A DNA stretch of 64,000 nt from Vulcanimicrobiaceae bacterium (lineage in GTDB: Bacteria; Verrucomicrobiota; Verrucomicrobiia; Limisphaerales; Palsa-1400), in NCBI GenBank assembly GCA_035511075.1, contig DATKFW010000032.1, forward strand, positions 82,950 to 146,949. Direction: 5' to 3'. The number at the start of each line of letters is the position of its first letter. The stretch's first letter is position 1. The position numbers and the translations under genes are program-made. Below, piece by piece: positions 37,501-46,569 of the stretch. A model generated the notes under the pieces. The model saw nothing but the letters and a program-made list of their open reading frames with translations. It did no database searches and was not told the origin of the DNA.

Positions 37501-39324
37501 TCACGCAGGCTTGAAAGGAACGATCGAGTCGATCCGGTAGCGTTTCTTGCCGCCTTCGACCGGCACTTCGACTTCCTCCGGCGGCTTGCGGTTAAGGAGC
37601 GCCTGGGCGACGGGTGTCAAATAACTGATGATGCCCTTTTCGGGATCGGAGTCCCACGCGCCAAGGACGATGAACTGTTCGCTGTGCTGCTGGTCCAGAT
37701 CGGTGACACCGACCTGGGTTCCGATGCTGACGACGTCGATTCGGGGATTGGCAAAATCGGAGCCGCGCGCGCGGACCAATTGCGATTCCAGTTCGCCCTT
37801 GCGGCGCATCAGGATTTTCTGCATTTCCTTGGCGGCCTTGTATTCGTGGTTTTCGCGCAAATCGCCGTAACTGCGCGCCACGGCGATCTCTTTTGAATTG
37901 GCCGGGATGGATTTCTGCACCAGTTCGGCGTATTCGTTTTTGCGGCGTTCCAGGCTTTCCCAGGAAACGATGAACGAGGTGTCCTGCCGGGTCTGTTCGC
38001 CGGAAATCATGGTCTGCACCGCCGCATAGCTCTTGACGATGCGCGCCAGCAGCGAGCGTTTATCCATGTCGTCAAAACAAGGCGAAAGCTGCAACGCGCG
38101 CGTCAAGTCCTTGATCACCTCCAAATCGGCCGAGCCGATCAGTTCAACCAGCAGCGTTTGATCGTCCAGAATGTAATCGCGGAGCTTGTTGGACCGCTTT
38201 TCATTGAATTGGTCCCGCTCCATGGCCGTGAGCATGGCGCGGAAGACTTCCGGACCCAGGATGTCGGCAAAACTGTCCGACCGTTCGCGGGCCAGCCACA
38301 GAAGCAAATCGCTGCTGGCCTGATGCTGGCTGATGAGGCGCGCCAAAAGCTCCTTCAAACCGTCGAGTTTGCCGCCGGAAATCAGCGCGTGGGCGACTTC
38401 GGAAGCGACCTTGGCGGAAACGTGGTTCAACGATGCCAGGAGAGCGTCCGGCCAACGGTCGGGATTGCTGGCCTTGAAGGATTCCAGCGCCCGGCGATGT
38501 TTGGCCGCGGGCATCTGCTCCAAAATCGCGCCAATCCGCCCCGCCTCCTGTTGCCAGATGGAATTGGCGGCCAGTTCGCCTTCAGTGGGGGGCGCGCCCG
38601 TGGCCTGGCGGATGTCATCGCGCACAAAAATGGCCTCAAGGGCGATGGTCGGCTGCGTGCGTTGATGGGTGGCGATTTCCGAATTAAGGGTGGGTATGAT
38701 TTCCGAGGCCGCTGCAGCCTTGTCATCCAGGTCGGACAGGCTCTTGAGAATTTCGTGCGTGACAACCCCGCGAGCCTTGAGACCTTTGGCGGCGCGGAAT
38801 TCCTCCATCAGCCGTTTTTGCAACGAGACTTCCTTGGCTTGATAAATAATGGGTTCGGACTTCTTTGAAGACACCTGAAAATGTCCGTCCCGTTTCAACT
38901 CGCGCTTGGCCCCTTCCCACCATTTTTTCCAATCATCCTTGATCACATCAGGCACCAGGACCTGCTGGATTTGATCGATGGTGGCGCGATTGCCGAAACT
39001 TTGCAGAACAAGTTTGATCAGGTCCAGATGATGGAGCGCCGCCATCTGGCGGAGGTTGTCCAGATCGGAGACTTTGCGGGCGTAAATGTGGTCGCTGGGG
39101 ATGGGCTTGAGGGATTCGGCGGCGAAGTCCATGTCCATGGTGTGGCCGGGTTTGTTTTGAAAATCGATGGTGAAACGGCCAAACACCGTGTCCACGCTGG
39201 CTATTTTTCCGAACCCCCAGCTTCGATGATAGCAATAACCGCTCTCGGTCAAAGCCACCAGCGCATCCACGTGTTGGCGTGTCAATTTCCCGGCGGCGGC
39301 AAGTTTTTCAAATTCTTCTTTCAT
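37501..39324 (-). CDS. GreA/GreB-domain protein with a long N-terminal extension (CarD/Tudor-like N-terminus + helical region + GreA-like C-terminal half)
   Basis: C-terminal ..ARSYGDLRENHEYKAAKEMQ.. (Gre coiled-coil tip region) and ..VSIGTQVGVTDL...FIVLGAWDSDPEKGIISYLTPVAQALLN (Gre FKBP-like domain). N-terminus ..GYCYHRSWGFGKIASVD... The start may be 39324 or 39345. Confidence 0.7.
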   Translation of the reverse strand: MKEEFEKLAAAGKLTRQHVDALVALTESGYCYHRSWGFGKIASVDTVFGRFTIDFQNKPGHTMDMDFAAESLKPIPSDHIYARKVSDLDNLRQMAALHHLDLIKLVLQSFGNRATIDQIQQVLVPDVIKDDWKKWWEGAKRELKRDGHFQVSSKKSEPIIYQAKEVSLQKRLMEEFRAAKGLKARGVVTHEILKSLSDLDDKAAAASEIIPTLNSEIATHQRTQPTIALEAIFVRDDIRQATGAPPTEGELAANSIWQQEAGRIGAILEQMPAAKHRRALESFKASNPDRWPDALLASLNHVSAKVASEVAHALISGGKLDGLKELLARLISQHQASSDLLLWLARERSDSFADILGPEVFRAMLTAMERDQFNEKRSNKLRDYILDDQTLLVELIGSADLEVIKDLTRALQLSPCFDDMDKRSLLARIVKSYAAVQTMISGEQTRQDTSFIVSWESLERRKNEYAELVQKSIPANSKEIAVARSYGDLRENHEYKAAKEMQKILMRRKGELESQLVRARGSDFANPRIDVVSIGTQVGVTDLDQQHSEQFIVLGAWDSDPEKGIISYLTPVAQALLNRKPPEEVEVPVEGGKKRYRIDSIVPFKPA

Positions 39325-39368
39325 CGCTAAATTCTCGCGTCCCATTCAAGTCTCAGCATTATTAGGAC

Positions 39369-40652
39369 GTGAGTGAAGAAAGTCCACGAGAAATTGCCGT
39401 CCGCGTTCTGGGCCGGCGGGCCAAGACGGGCCATTTTGTGGAACAACTGCTTGATCGCGAACTGGCCCGCCAGGCGCTTTCCGCCCAGGACCGGGGTTTG
39501 TGCCAGGAATTGGTGTTCGGAATGGTGCGCTGGCGGAGCACGCTGGATTGGCTGGTGGCGCGCAAAACGGAAGGACGAACTCAAAACGCAACAGTCCGCC
39601 TGCTGCTGGAACTGGGCCTTTATCAGCTATTTTGGCTGGAACGAATCCCGGACCACGCCGCCGTCCACGAAACGGTCGAGTTGGGCAAACGCCTTGGTTT
39701 CGGGGCGCGGGCCGGATTTCTCAATGCCATCCTGCGCGGATATATCCGCCAACGCGACCAAACCAGAGCGGCCCTGGAGGAATTAAAGCAATCCGATCCG
39801 GCCCTTGGCTATTCCCATCCGCCATGGCTGGTCCAACGGTGGCAGGAACGTTGGGGTTGCGAGCCGACATTGCGATTGCTCCAATGGAACAACAGCCCAC
39901 CTCCTGTTTTTGCGCGGCTTAACCGGTTGAAAACCGATTTTCCGGGTTTGGCGGATCGATGGCGCAAGGAGGGGATCGAATTCGACCAACGGACCTGTGA
40001 TTGGACGGAGCCGAATCTCGTCTTTGAATTGCGTTCGCACCCGCCGCTTGCCGATTGCGAGAGTTTTCAGGACGGATTTTTTTACGTCCAGGACCCGAGC
40101 ACGCTGCTGGCCGTCCAACAATTGGCGCCGCAACCGGGTGAGACGATCCTTGACCTCTGCGCCGCCCCGGGGGGCAAAACCAGTTTCATTGCCCAAAAGA
40201 TGGGCAATCGCGGGCGGATTGTCGCCCATGACACGCAACCCGGCCGTCTCAAGTTGCTTGAGGAAAACTGCCATCGTCTCGGCGTCGCCTGCGTTGAGGC
40301 GACTGGGACGCAGGACCCCTCCATCCAGTTTGATCGCATTTTGATTGATGCTCCCTGCTCAAATACCGGCGTTTTGCGACGGCGCGTGGATTTGCGATGG
40401 CGGGTGCAATCCGCGGAAATCGACCGATTGCGCAAGGGGCAGGCTGCGTTGCTGGCCCAGGCGGCGCCGCGCTTGAAACCCGGCGGCCTGCTCGTTTACA
40501 GCACGTGCAGCCTGGAGCCGGAGGAAAATGAGGAAGTTGTGAAGGAGTTTCTTGGCGCGCATCCTCAATTCCAATTGGAGGGCCAACGCCAACTGCTTCC
40601 CTTCACCGATCAAGTGGACGGCGCCTACGTCGCGAAGTTGCGAAAACGCTGA
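39369..40652 (+). CDS. rsmB: 16S rRNA (cytosine-C5)-methyltransferase RsmB/Sun
   Basis: NusB-like N-domain. SAM MTase motifs DLCAAPGGKT, DAPCSNTGVLRR, YSTCSLEPEENE. Confidence 0.85.
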   Translation: MSEESPREIAVRVLGRRAKTGHFVEQLLDRELARQALSAQDRGLCQELVFGMVRWRSTLDWLVARKTEGRTQNATVRLLLELGLYQLFWLERIPDHAAVHETVELGKRLGFGARAGFLNAILRGYIRQRDQTRAALEELKQSDPALGYSHPPWLVQRWQERWGCEPTLRLLQWNNSPPPVFARLNRLKTDFPGLADRWRKEGIEFDQRTCDWTEPNLVFELRSHPPLADCESFQDGFFYVQDPSTLLAVQQLAPQPGETILDLCAAPGGKTSFIAQKMGNRGRIVAHDTQPGRLKLLEENCHRLGVACVEATGTQDPSIQFDRILIDAPCSNTGVLRRRVDLRWRVQSAEIDRLRKGQAALLAQAAPRLKPGGLLVYSTCSLEPEENEEVVKEFLGAHPQFQLEGQRQLLPFTDQVDGAYVAKLRKR

Positions 40653-40670
40653 TTGACAGGGGCGCGCAAA

Positions 40671-41531
40671 TTACACAGTGATCACGGGATTGCGGAGGAT
40701 GCCGATTCCGCTGATTTCGATTTCGACGATGTCCCCCGCCAGCAATCTGAAATTGTCGAAAGGAACGATGCCGGTGCCTGTCAACAGGACGGCCCCGTGA
40801 GGAAACCGCTGGCAGCGCAGGAGAAAGCCGGCCAGTTCCGCGAAACTGCGTTTGATTTGGGCGGCGGAGGTTTCGCCGGCGAAGACGGTCTGGCCGTTTC
40901 GCTGAATCGTCAGGCGGATTTGCCAGGCGCGGGCCTCGATTTCGGTTACGCCCAGTTGAATCCACGGGCCAAGCGCGCACGAGCGGTCATAAACCTTGGC
41001 CTGCGGAAGATACAACAGGTTCTCCCCCTCGATATCGCGCGAACTCATGTCGTTGCCAATGGTGTGGCCGACAATGTCACCACCCGAATTGAGGACCAAC
41101 GCCAGTTCAGGCTCCGGCACGCTCCAGGTCGCGTCGCGGCGAATGCCAACAGGCTCGCCGTGGGCGGCGACTTTCTCCCCCAGCGATTTGAAGAAGAGTT
41201 CGGGTCGTTCCGCCGCGTAAACCCGGTCGTACGCCGTCGCGCTGAACTGGGATTCCTCCATGCGCGCCGCCTTGCTGCGCAGATACGTGACTCCGGCGGC
41301 CCAGATTTCCTGGCGCTCCACGGGCGCGCACCAGAGCGCCTGGGAAATCGGGAAACGCGGCAGGCCCTCCGACGCAAGCCGCGTCAGCCGCTCCAACACG
41401 TCCTGGCTTTCCAGCAACGGCTCCAGTTGCGTGATTCCGGCGGGCGTCAAATCGAATAATTCGGAGCCGTCCGCCGCCAATCCCACGCGAACGATGTCGC
41501 CGGCGTCGCGCCTAAATCGGCAGATTTTCAT
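40671..41531 (-). CDS. fumarylacetoacetate hydrolase (FAH) family protein
   Basis: 286 aa. ..IGNDMSSRDIEGENLLYLPQAKVYD.. and ..GTGIVP.. are typical of FAH-family hydratases/hydrolases. Confidence 0.8.
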   Translation of the reverse strand: MKICRFRRDAGDIVRVGLAADGSELFDLTPAGITQLEPLLESQDVLERLTRLASEGLPRFPISQALWCAPVERQEIWAAGVTYLRSKAARMEESQFSATAYDRVYAAERPELFFKSLGEKVAAHGEPVGIRRDATWSVPEPELALVLNSGGDIVGHTIGNDMSSRDIEGENLLYLPQAKVYDRSCALGPWIQLGVTEIEARAWQIRLTIQRNGQTVFAGETSAAQIKRSFAELAGFLLRCQRFPHGAVLLTGTGIVPFDNFRLLAGDIVEIEISGIGILRNPVITV

Positions 41532-41581
41532 AAACTCTCGCTTGTAAATGATCCTTTTACACCATAAAGCTGGCGCGGAAA

Positions 41582-42910
41582 ATGAAAATTGACCAACAAA
41601 TCCAGCCGGCCAATTTGACCCGCAAAATCAACCGGCTTTGGGAGTTGTCCGGTCAGAAAATTCGTTCGATCGAGCGCGCCTTCGATCCCGCCAAAGGTTC
41701 CCCGGTTTTCACTGTTCGCGGGCGTTACACCGCGCGCGGGTGGACGGAGTGGACGCAGGGCTTCAAGGTCGGCGCGGCCCTCTTGCAGTTTGACGCGACG
41801 GGCGAGGCTGATTTTCTCGAATTGGGAAGGACTCAAACGGTGAAGTCGATGGCGCCGCACGCGAGCCATTTCGGCGTTCACGATCACGGTTTCAACAACG
41901 TCAGCACGTACGGGAATTTGTTGCGCCTGATGGCCGAGGGCCGCATTGCCGAAAACCCGTGGGAGCGCGCTTTTTACGAATTGGCGCTCAAACTCAGCGG
42001 CGCGACGCAAGCCCGGCGATGGACGGCGCTCAAGGACGGCGGCGGCTTCATTTATTCCTTCAACGGTCCGCATTCGCTTTTCGTGGACTCCATCCGCACG
42101 TTGCGCGTCCTGGCCCTCTCCCATCAATTGGGCCACGTCCTGATGGAGGAGAACGACCGCCGCGTTTCGTTGCTCGACCGTATCAAAGCTCACGCCGCCG
42201 CAACGGCGAAGTATTCCGTTTATTATGGGGAAGGCCGCGACGCCTACGACATCCGCGGACGCACCGCGCACGAATCCATCTTCAACACCAACGACGGAAG
42301 TTTCCGTTGCGCCAATTCGCAGCAGGGATACTCGCCGTTGAGCACGTGGACGCGCGGGCTGGCCTGGGCCATGTGCGGATTTGCCGAACAACTGGAATTC
42401 ATGCGGGCCATCGGCGACAATTCCATCACGGCCCAATTGCGCAAGGCGGCCGAGGCGACCTGCGATTTCTATATACGACAAGCCACCGCCGCCGACGGCA
42501 TTCCGTATTGGGACACCGGCGCGCCGCAATTGCATTTCCTGGGAGATTGGCGCTCGCGCCCGGCGGACCCGTTCAATCCGCACGAACCGGTGGACAGCTC
42601 CGCCGCCGCCATCGCCGCGCAAGGTCTGCTGCGCCTGGGCCGGCACCTGAAAAACAAACGCTATTGGCAGGCGGGCCTTACTGTTTTGAACGCGCTGTTC
42701 GATGAACCCTACATCAGCGCCGACCCGAAACACCAGGGCCTCATCCTGCATAGCATCTATCATCGCCCCAACGGCTGGGACCACATTCCGCGCGGGCGCA
42801 CTGTTCCTTGCGGGGAGTCCAGCATGTGGGGGGATTATCACGCGCGCGAGGCCGCGCTCTACGTCCAGCGCGCCGCCACCGGCGCCCGATACCTGACTTT
42901 TTTTCTATGA
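41582..42910 (+). CDS. six-hairpin glycoside hydrolase-like protein (GH88/GH105-type unsaturated uronyl hydrolase candidate)
   Basis: ..VHDHGFNNVSTYGNLLRL.., ..WTRGLAWAMCGFAEQ.., ..DSSAAAIAAQGLLRL... Genomic context includes a polysaccharide lyase. The family assignment comes from remembered motifs only. Confidence 0.55.
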   Translation: MKIDQQIQPANLTRKINRLWELSGQKIRSIERAFDPAKGSPVFTVRGRYTARGWTEWTQGFKVGAALLQFDATGEADFLELGRTQTVKSMAPHASHFGVHDHGFNNVSTYGNLLRLMAEGRIAENPWERAFYELALKLSGATQARRWTALKDGGGFIYSFNGPHSLFVDSIRTLRVLALSHQLGHVLMEENDRRVSLLDRIKAHAAATAKYSVYYGEGRDAYDIRGRTAHESIFNTNDGSFRCANSQQGYSPLSTWTRGLAWAMCGFAEQLEFMRAIGDNSITAQLRKAAEATCDFYIRQATAADGIPYWDTGAPQLHFLGDWRSRPADPFNPHEPVDSSAAAIAAQGLLRLGRHLKNKRYWQAGLTVLNALFDEPYISADPKHQGLILHSIYHRPNGWDHIPRGRTVPCGESSMWGDYHAREAALYVQRAATGARYLTFFL

Positions 42911-43686
42911 CCCCAAAGAAACCTGTGGCCCTGGTGACCGGCGGATCTCGAGGCATTGGCCTGGGCATCGCGCAGGCGCTGGCGCGCGAAAATTTTGATT
43001 TGGCCCTTTGCGGTGTTCGCGATGAAACCGCCGTTGCGCCGTCGCTGGCCGGCTTGCGAAGGCTTGGCGCGAAGACCCTGTATATTCGGGCGGACGTCAG
43101 CGATCCCGCAGCGCGGGACAAGCTGGTCCAGGCGGTGCAAAGAAAATTCGGCCGCCTTCACGTGCTGGTCAACAACGCCGGCATCGCTCCCAAAGTCCGG
43201 GCCGACTTGCTGGAAGCGACGGAAGAAAGTTTCGAATCGGTGCTGAAGGTAAACCTCCAAGGCCCCTATTTCCTGACGCAACTTTGCGCGCGATGGATGA
43301 TCGCGCAAAAAAAGGCGGACCCAGACTGGCGGGGATGCGTGATCAACGTCTCGTCGGTTTCCGCGACTCTCGCGTCGATCAATCGCGGCGAGTATTGCAT
43401 TTCCAAAGCCGGGGTGGCGATGGCCACGCAACTCTGGGCGGCGCGCCTTGGGGAGTTTGGAATTCCCGTTTATGAGATACGCCCCGGCATTGTCAAAACC
43501 GACATGACCGCCGGCGTGCAAGGCAAATACGACAAACTCATTGAGGAAGGTTTGCTGCTGCAGTCCCGATGGGGCGAGCCACACGACGTTGGCAGAGCCG
43601 CGTCAATGCTGGCGCGCGGCGATCTCCCCTACTCCACCGGCCAGGTCATTACCGTCGACGGCGGTCTGACTGTAAACCGGTTATGA
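42907..43686 (+). CDS. SDR-family oxidoreductase
   Basis: ATG at 42907 overlaps the upstream stop (ATGA). TGGSRGIGLGIA cofactor motif, NNAG, catalytic YCISK. Confidence 0.85.
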   Translation: MTPKKPVALVTGGSRGIGLGIAQALARENFDLALCGVRDETAVAPSLAGLRRLGAKTLYIRADVSDPAARDKLVQAVQRKFGRLHVLVNNAGIAPKVRADLLEATEESFESVLKVNLQGPYFLTQLCARWMIAQKKADPDWRGCVINVSSVSATLASINRGEYCISKAGVAMATQLWAARLGEFGIPVYEIRPGIVKTDMTAGVQGKYDKLIEEGLLLQSRWGEPHDVGRAASMLARGDLPYSTGQVITVDGGLTVNRL

Positions 43687-43702
43687 CGCTTGTGTACGGC
43701 GC

Positions 43703-45685
43703 TCACTCGTTTACGGCGGGATCGGGCGGCGGCGCCGATTCATCCAGTTCGAGGCGGAGGTAATCGTAGGCGATGCCGCTGGTCAAACTGCCGGCGGGAA
43801 TGGTCAGCGTCATCAGGTTTTGGCCCGCCTTCATCTTGGCGGCGTCGAATGCCAGGTCGCGCTCCGACCAGTTGCCGGCAACGCCGTCCCGATTGATCGT
43901 TGCGTTGTAAACCAGGCCGGTTACAGCGCCCAGGGACTGGTCATTGACGCCGACGGCAATGCTGCGCGCGCCAACGCCACAGAGCGCCAGGCGCAAGGTC
44001 GCCTTCCCATGCGGCGCCTGCGGCAGGTCGAAGGCCACCGTCCACGTTGTGCTTCGCCCGCGGCCGCGGCCGGTGGTGTCGGCCGGGTCCTCGTTGTGCG
44101 GCACTTGCTCGAAAAACCAGTCTTTGCGGAAATCGCTCCTGCCGATGACGTAATGCACGTCGTCCGGGAAAAGTTTCGGATACTCCACGTACCAGCCCCA
44201 GTGATAATACTCGTCGCCCTTGAAAAATTCCGATGCCGAACGATTCGGGATGCCGATGTCCCAAAGCTGTCTTCCATAACGGACCGGCTCCCAGGTCAAC
44301 GCCGGAAGGCGGAGCGTTTCTCCGGACTCGACGACGATGTTTGTCAAGGTGAATTCGCAGAGAACGCCGTCCGCGATGGCGTGAAGTGTGTAAGAGCCGG
44401 GGCGCACATTCGGAATCGAGAAACTCCCGTCGGAGTCGCCGCGGACCCAGAACTCATAGTGCTTGGCGTCATTTTGCCAGTCCACCCGGCGCGGGCCCGA
44501 TCCGCTGAAGCCGCCGCCATTGCCGCGCGGCGCCGCGTAATCCGGCGCGGAAAGGCCGACCAGCCACCGACCCAGCCGGGTCTCCGGCGCTCCGGGATCG
44601 TTCAGGTTGATCTGCCCGCTTACCGTTCCGCGCTCGTTCTTGTGCGGATAATCCACACCGGAAACCCAGTCGTAAGGCCACGCGTTCGATTCCGACGACG
44701 CCCGGGCCAGCGCGTCCTTCCACATCACGTCGTGACTTTGTCCTGAGTTGCAGTAAATCAGAAATGGCCCGATGACCTTGGTCCATGCGTCGGTCTCGGC
44801 GATGGCGCAGAGGCTGCCGCCGTAATGACTGCCGCGCCAGTAATTGAGCAGCGTCGGGGGAGCGGGAGCCGTGAGGGCATTGGTGTCGAAGGTCGCGTCG
44901 CGGTGCGCGGAAAGTTCCATTTTGGTGGGGCCGCCGCTGAGATATTCCACGGAAGGATTGATAAACCAAATGCCGACGTGTCGGGCCGTGCTCGACCATC
45001 CCCAGGCGCGAACGTCAAATTGGTTGGCGGAATAATCGTACTTGTGCTCGACCTGCCCGCGATAGATGCCGCTGTTCATCCGACGGGCCTCCTTCATATT
45101 CATTTGCGTGCCGTGGTTCCAATCGTAGGCCGTGATCATTTCCATGTTGCGATTCGCATCGACCGTCATCCAGTCAAATATATTGTCATTGAGCTTCGCG
45201 CAAAAACGGGCTTCGCCGACGGAGGTGGCGGGGTAATTGGTCGGATGACTGAAAACGCAATAGGTGTAGAGGCCGGAATCGCCGCGGCCCAGCGCGTAGC
45301 GGATTTCGATGTCGGCTATGACACTGCCGCCGGGGCCGCTGCCCATCGGGCCGCCGCCTGAAATGCCCTGGATGGAAACCTCGCCGCGCGCGCCGCCATT
45401 GGCCGCGGGATCGATCGTCACACGAGCGCTCCGTCGGCCGCGCGAGACGTCGTGCGACCAATATGCGGACCCGCGGGCCGATTTTCCGTCCAGCATTTCC
45501 AGGTCTTCGTATCTCAGCGAGGTGAGGTCGCCGGTCCGTTTGGACACGCGCGCGGCGACCATGCCGTTGGTCAGCGTGAAACTGTCTTGATCCTCGGAGA
45601 TACCGACCGCCGTTTCGGACTCCGCCCGGATTCCCGGCGCGAGCAGGACCAAAGACGCGATGACAAGGAGACTCAAGCGTTTCAT
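43703..45685 (-). CDS. secreted polysaccharide lyase, rhamnogalacturonan-lyase (PL4)-like
   Basis: ATG at 45685 gives the MKRLSLLVIASLVLLAPGIRA signal. ..FTLTNGMVAARVSKRTGDLTSLRYEDLEML.. and the overall ~660-aa layout recall PL4 lyases. Not verified by search. Confidence 0.6.
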   Translation of the reverse strand: MKRLSLLVIASLVLLAPGIRAESETAVGISEDQDSFTLTNGMVAARVSKRTGDLTSLRYEDLEMLDGKSARGSAYWSHDVSRGRRSARVTIDPAANGGARGEVSIQGISGGGPMGSGPGGSVIADIEIRYALGRGDSGLYTYCVFSHPTNYPATSVGEARFCAKLNDNIFDWMTVDANRNMEMITAYDWNHGTQMNMKEARRMNSGIYRGQVEHKYDYSANQFDVRAWGWSSTARHVGIWFINPSVEYLSGGPTKMELSAHRDATFDTNALTAPAPPTLLNYWRGSHYGGSLCAIAETDAWTKVIGPFLIYCNSGQSHDVMWKDALARASSESNAWPYDWVSGVDYPHKNERGTVSGQINLNDPGAPETRLGRWLVGLSAPDYAAPRGNGGGFSGSGPRRVDWQNDAKHYEFWVRGDSDGSFSIPNVRPGSYTLHAIADGVLCEFTLTNIVVESGETLRLPALTWEPVRYGRQLWDIGIPNRSASEFFKGDEYYHWGWYVEYPKLFPDDVHYVIGRSDFRKDWFFEQVPHNEDPADTTGRGRGRSTTWTVAFDLPQAPHGKATLRLALCGVGARSIAVGVNDQSLGAVTGLVYNATINRDGVAGNWSERDLAFDAAKMKAGQNLMTLTIPAGSLTSGIAYDYLRLELDESAPPPDPAVNE

Positions 45686-45779
45686 GGGCGTTGCCTCGTA
45701 ATGTCGGCCAGTGTAATGGCTGCCACGGGCGGTTCCAATCGGCAAATGGCTTGTCAAACCCGTTGCGCGGGCACAGGAT

Positions 45780-46385
45780 TTGGCCGGTAAGAGAACCGTC
45801 GTCGTGAAAGTCCAAAGCGCTTGCCGGTTGCTGTTGCTGTTGCCCGCGTTGGCGGGAGGCGGTTGCGCCACACACGCGCTGTGGACCCGGGCGGATCTCG
45901 AGGATTGCAACCTGCCCGCGCAGAATGCCAACTTGCGCCTCTTTACCGACGGTTCGCGCGGCGAATTGGTGGTCGTCTATGACGAATACTCGGAACGCCA
46001 CGATTCGACCCGCACACGAGCGTACCTGCTGCGCGAAAACCAAACCAGAATCGAACAACAACGTTCTCCGTTGTTTGCCAGGACCAATTCCTTTTCAGCA
46101 CTGCGGCCGGTGCCGGTGTTTCTGACAACCAACGCCATTTCGCCGGTGGCGCCGCCGTTTTACGCGGTGCTTTCAACCAACGACCAGTCCTTTACCCTGT
46201 GCTCCAATGGCCGCGTGACCGGCCCATACGCGTTGCCCGTGTACGATGATGGAAAAGCAAAGATGGAACGAATCACCCTGACACCTCTGGCGGCGACGGC
46301 GGACCTGACCATTGTCGGCGGCATTCTCGGTTATTATTACGTGATATCCTGCTGGCCGGACGGCGCTTCATTCAAGGTCCCGTAA
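45780..46385 (+). CDS. hypothetical lipoprotein
   Basis: ..LLLLLPALAGGGC.. lipobox-like N-terminus. No family recognised. The start codon is uncertain (TTG at 45780 in the ORF track). Confidence 0.45.
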   Translation: MAGKRTVVVKVQSACRLLLLLPALAGGGCATHALWTRADLEDCNLPAQNANLRLFTDGSRGELVVVYDEYSERHDSTRTRAYLLRENQTRIEQQRSPLFARTNSFSALRPVPVFLTTNAISPVAPPFYAVLSTNDQSFTLCSNGRVTGPYALPVYDDGKAKMERITLTPLAATADLTIVGGILGYYYVISCWPDGASFKVP

Positions 46386-46569
46386 CGTTTCGTTACTTCA
46401 ACAATCCAATTGCGGAAAGACCCGGCTTCCCCGATATTCGCAGCAGAGCGATGGTCGTGAGGCGGGGAAAAAAATTCGGAACTCATGAAATCAGGAAACC
46501 GATGCGAGGCACAGGTTCGGCGCCTTTGCCGGGCCCCTGATTTCCAGACCGGCTCCCTGTATCACTAAT

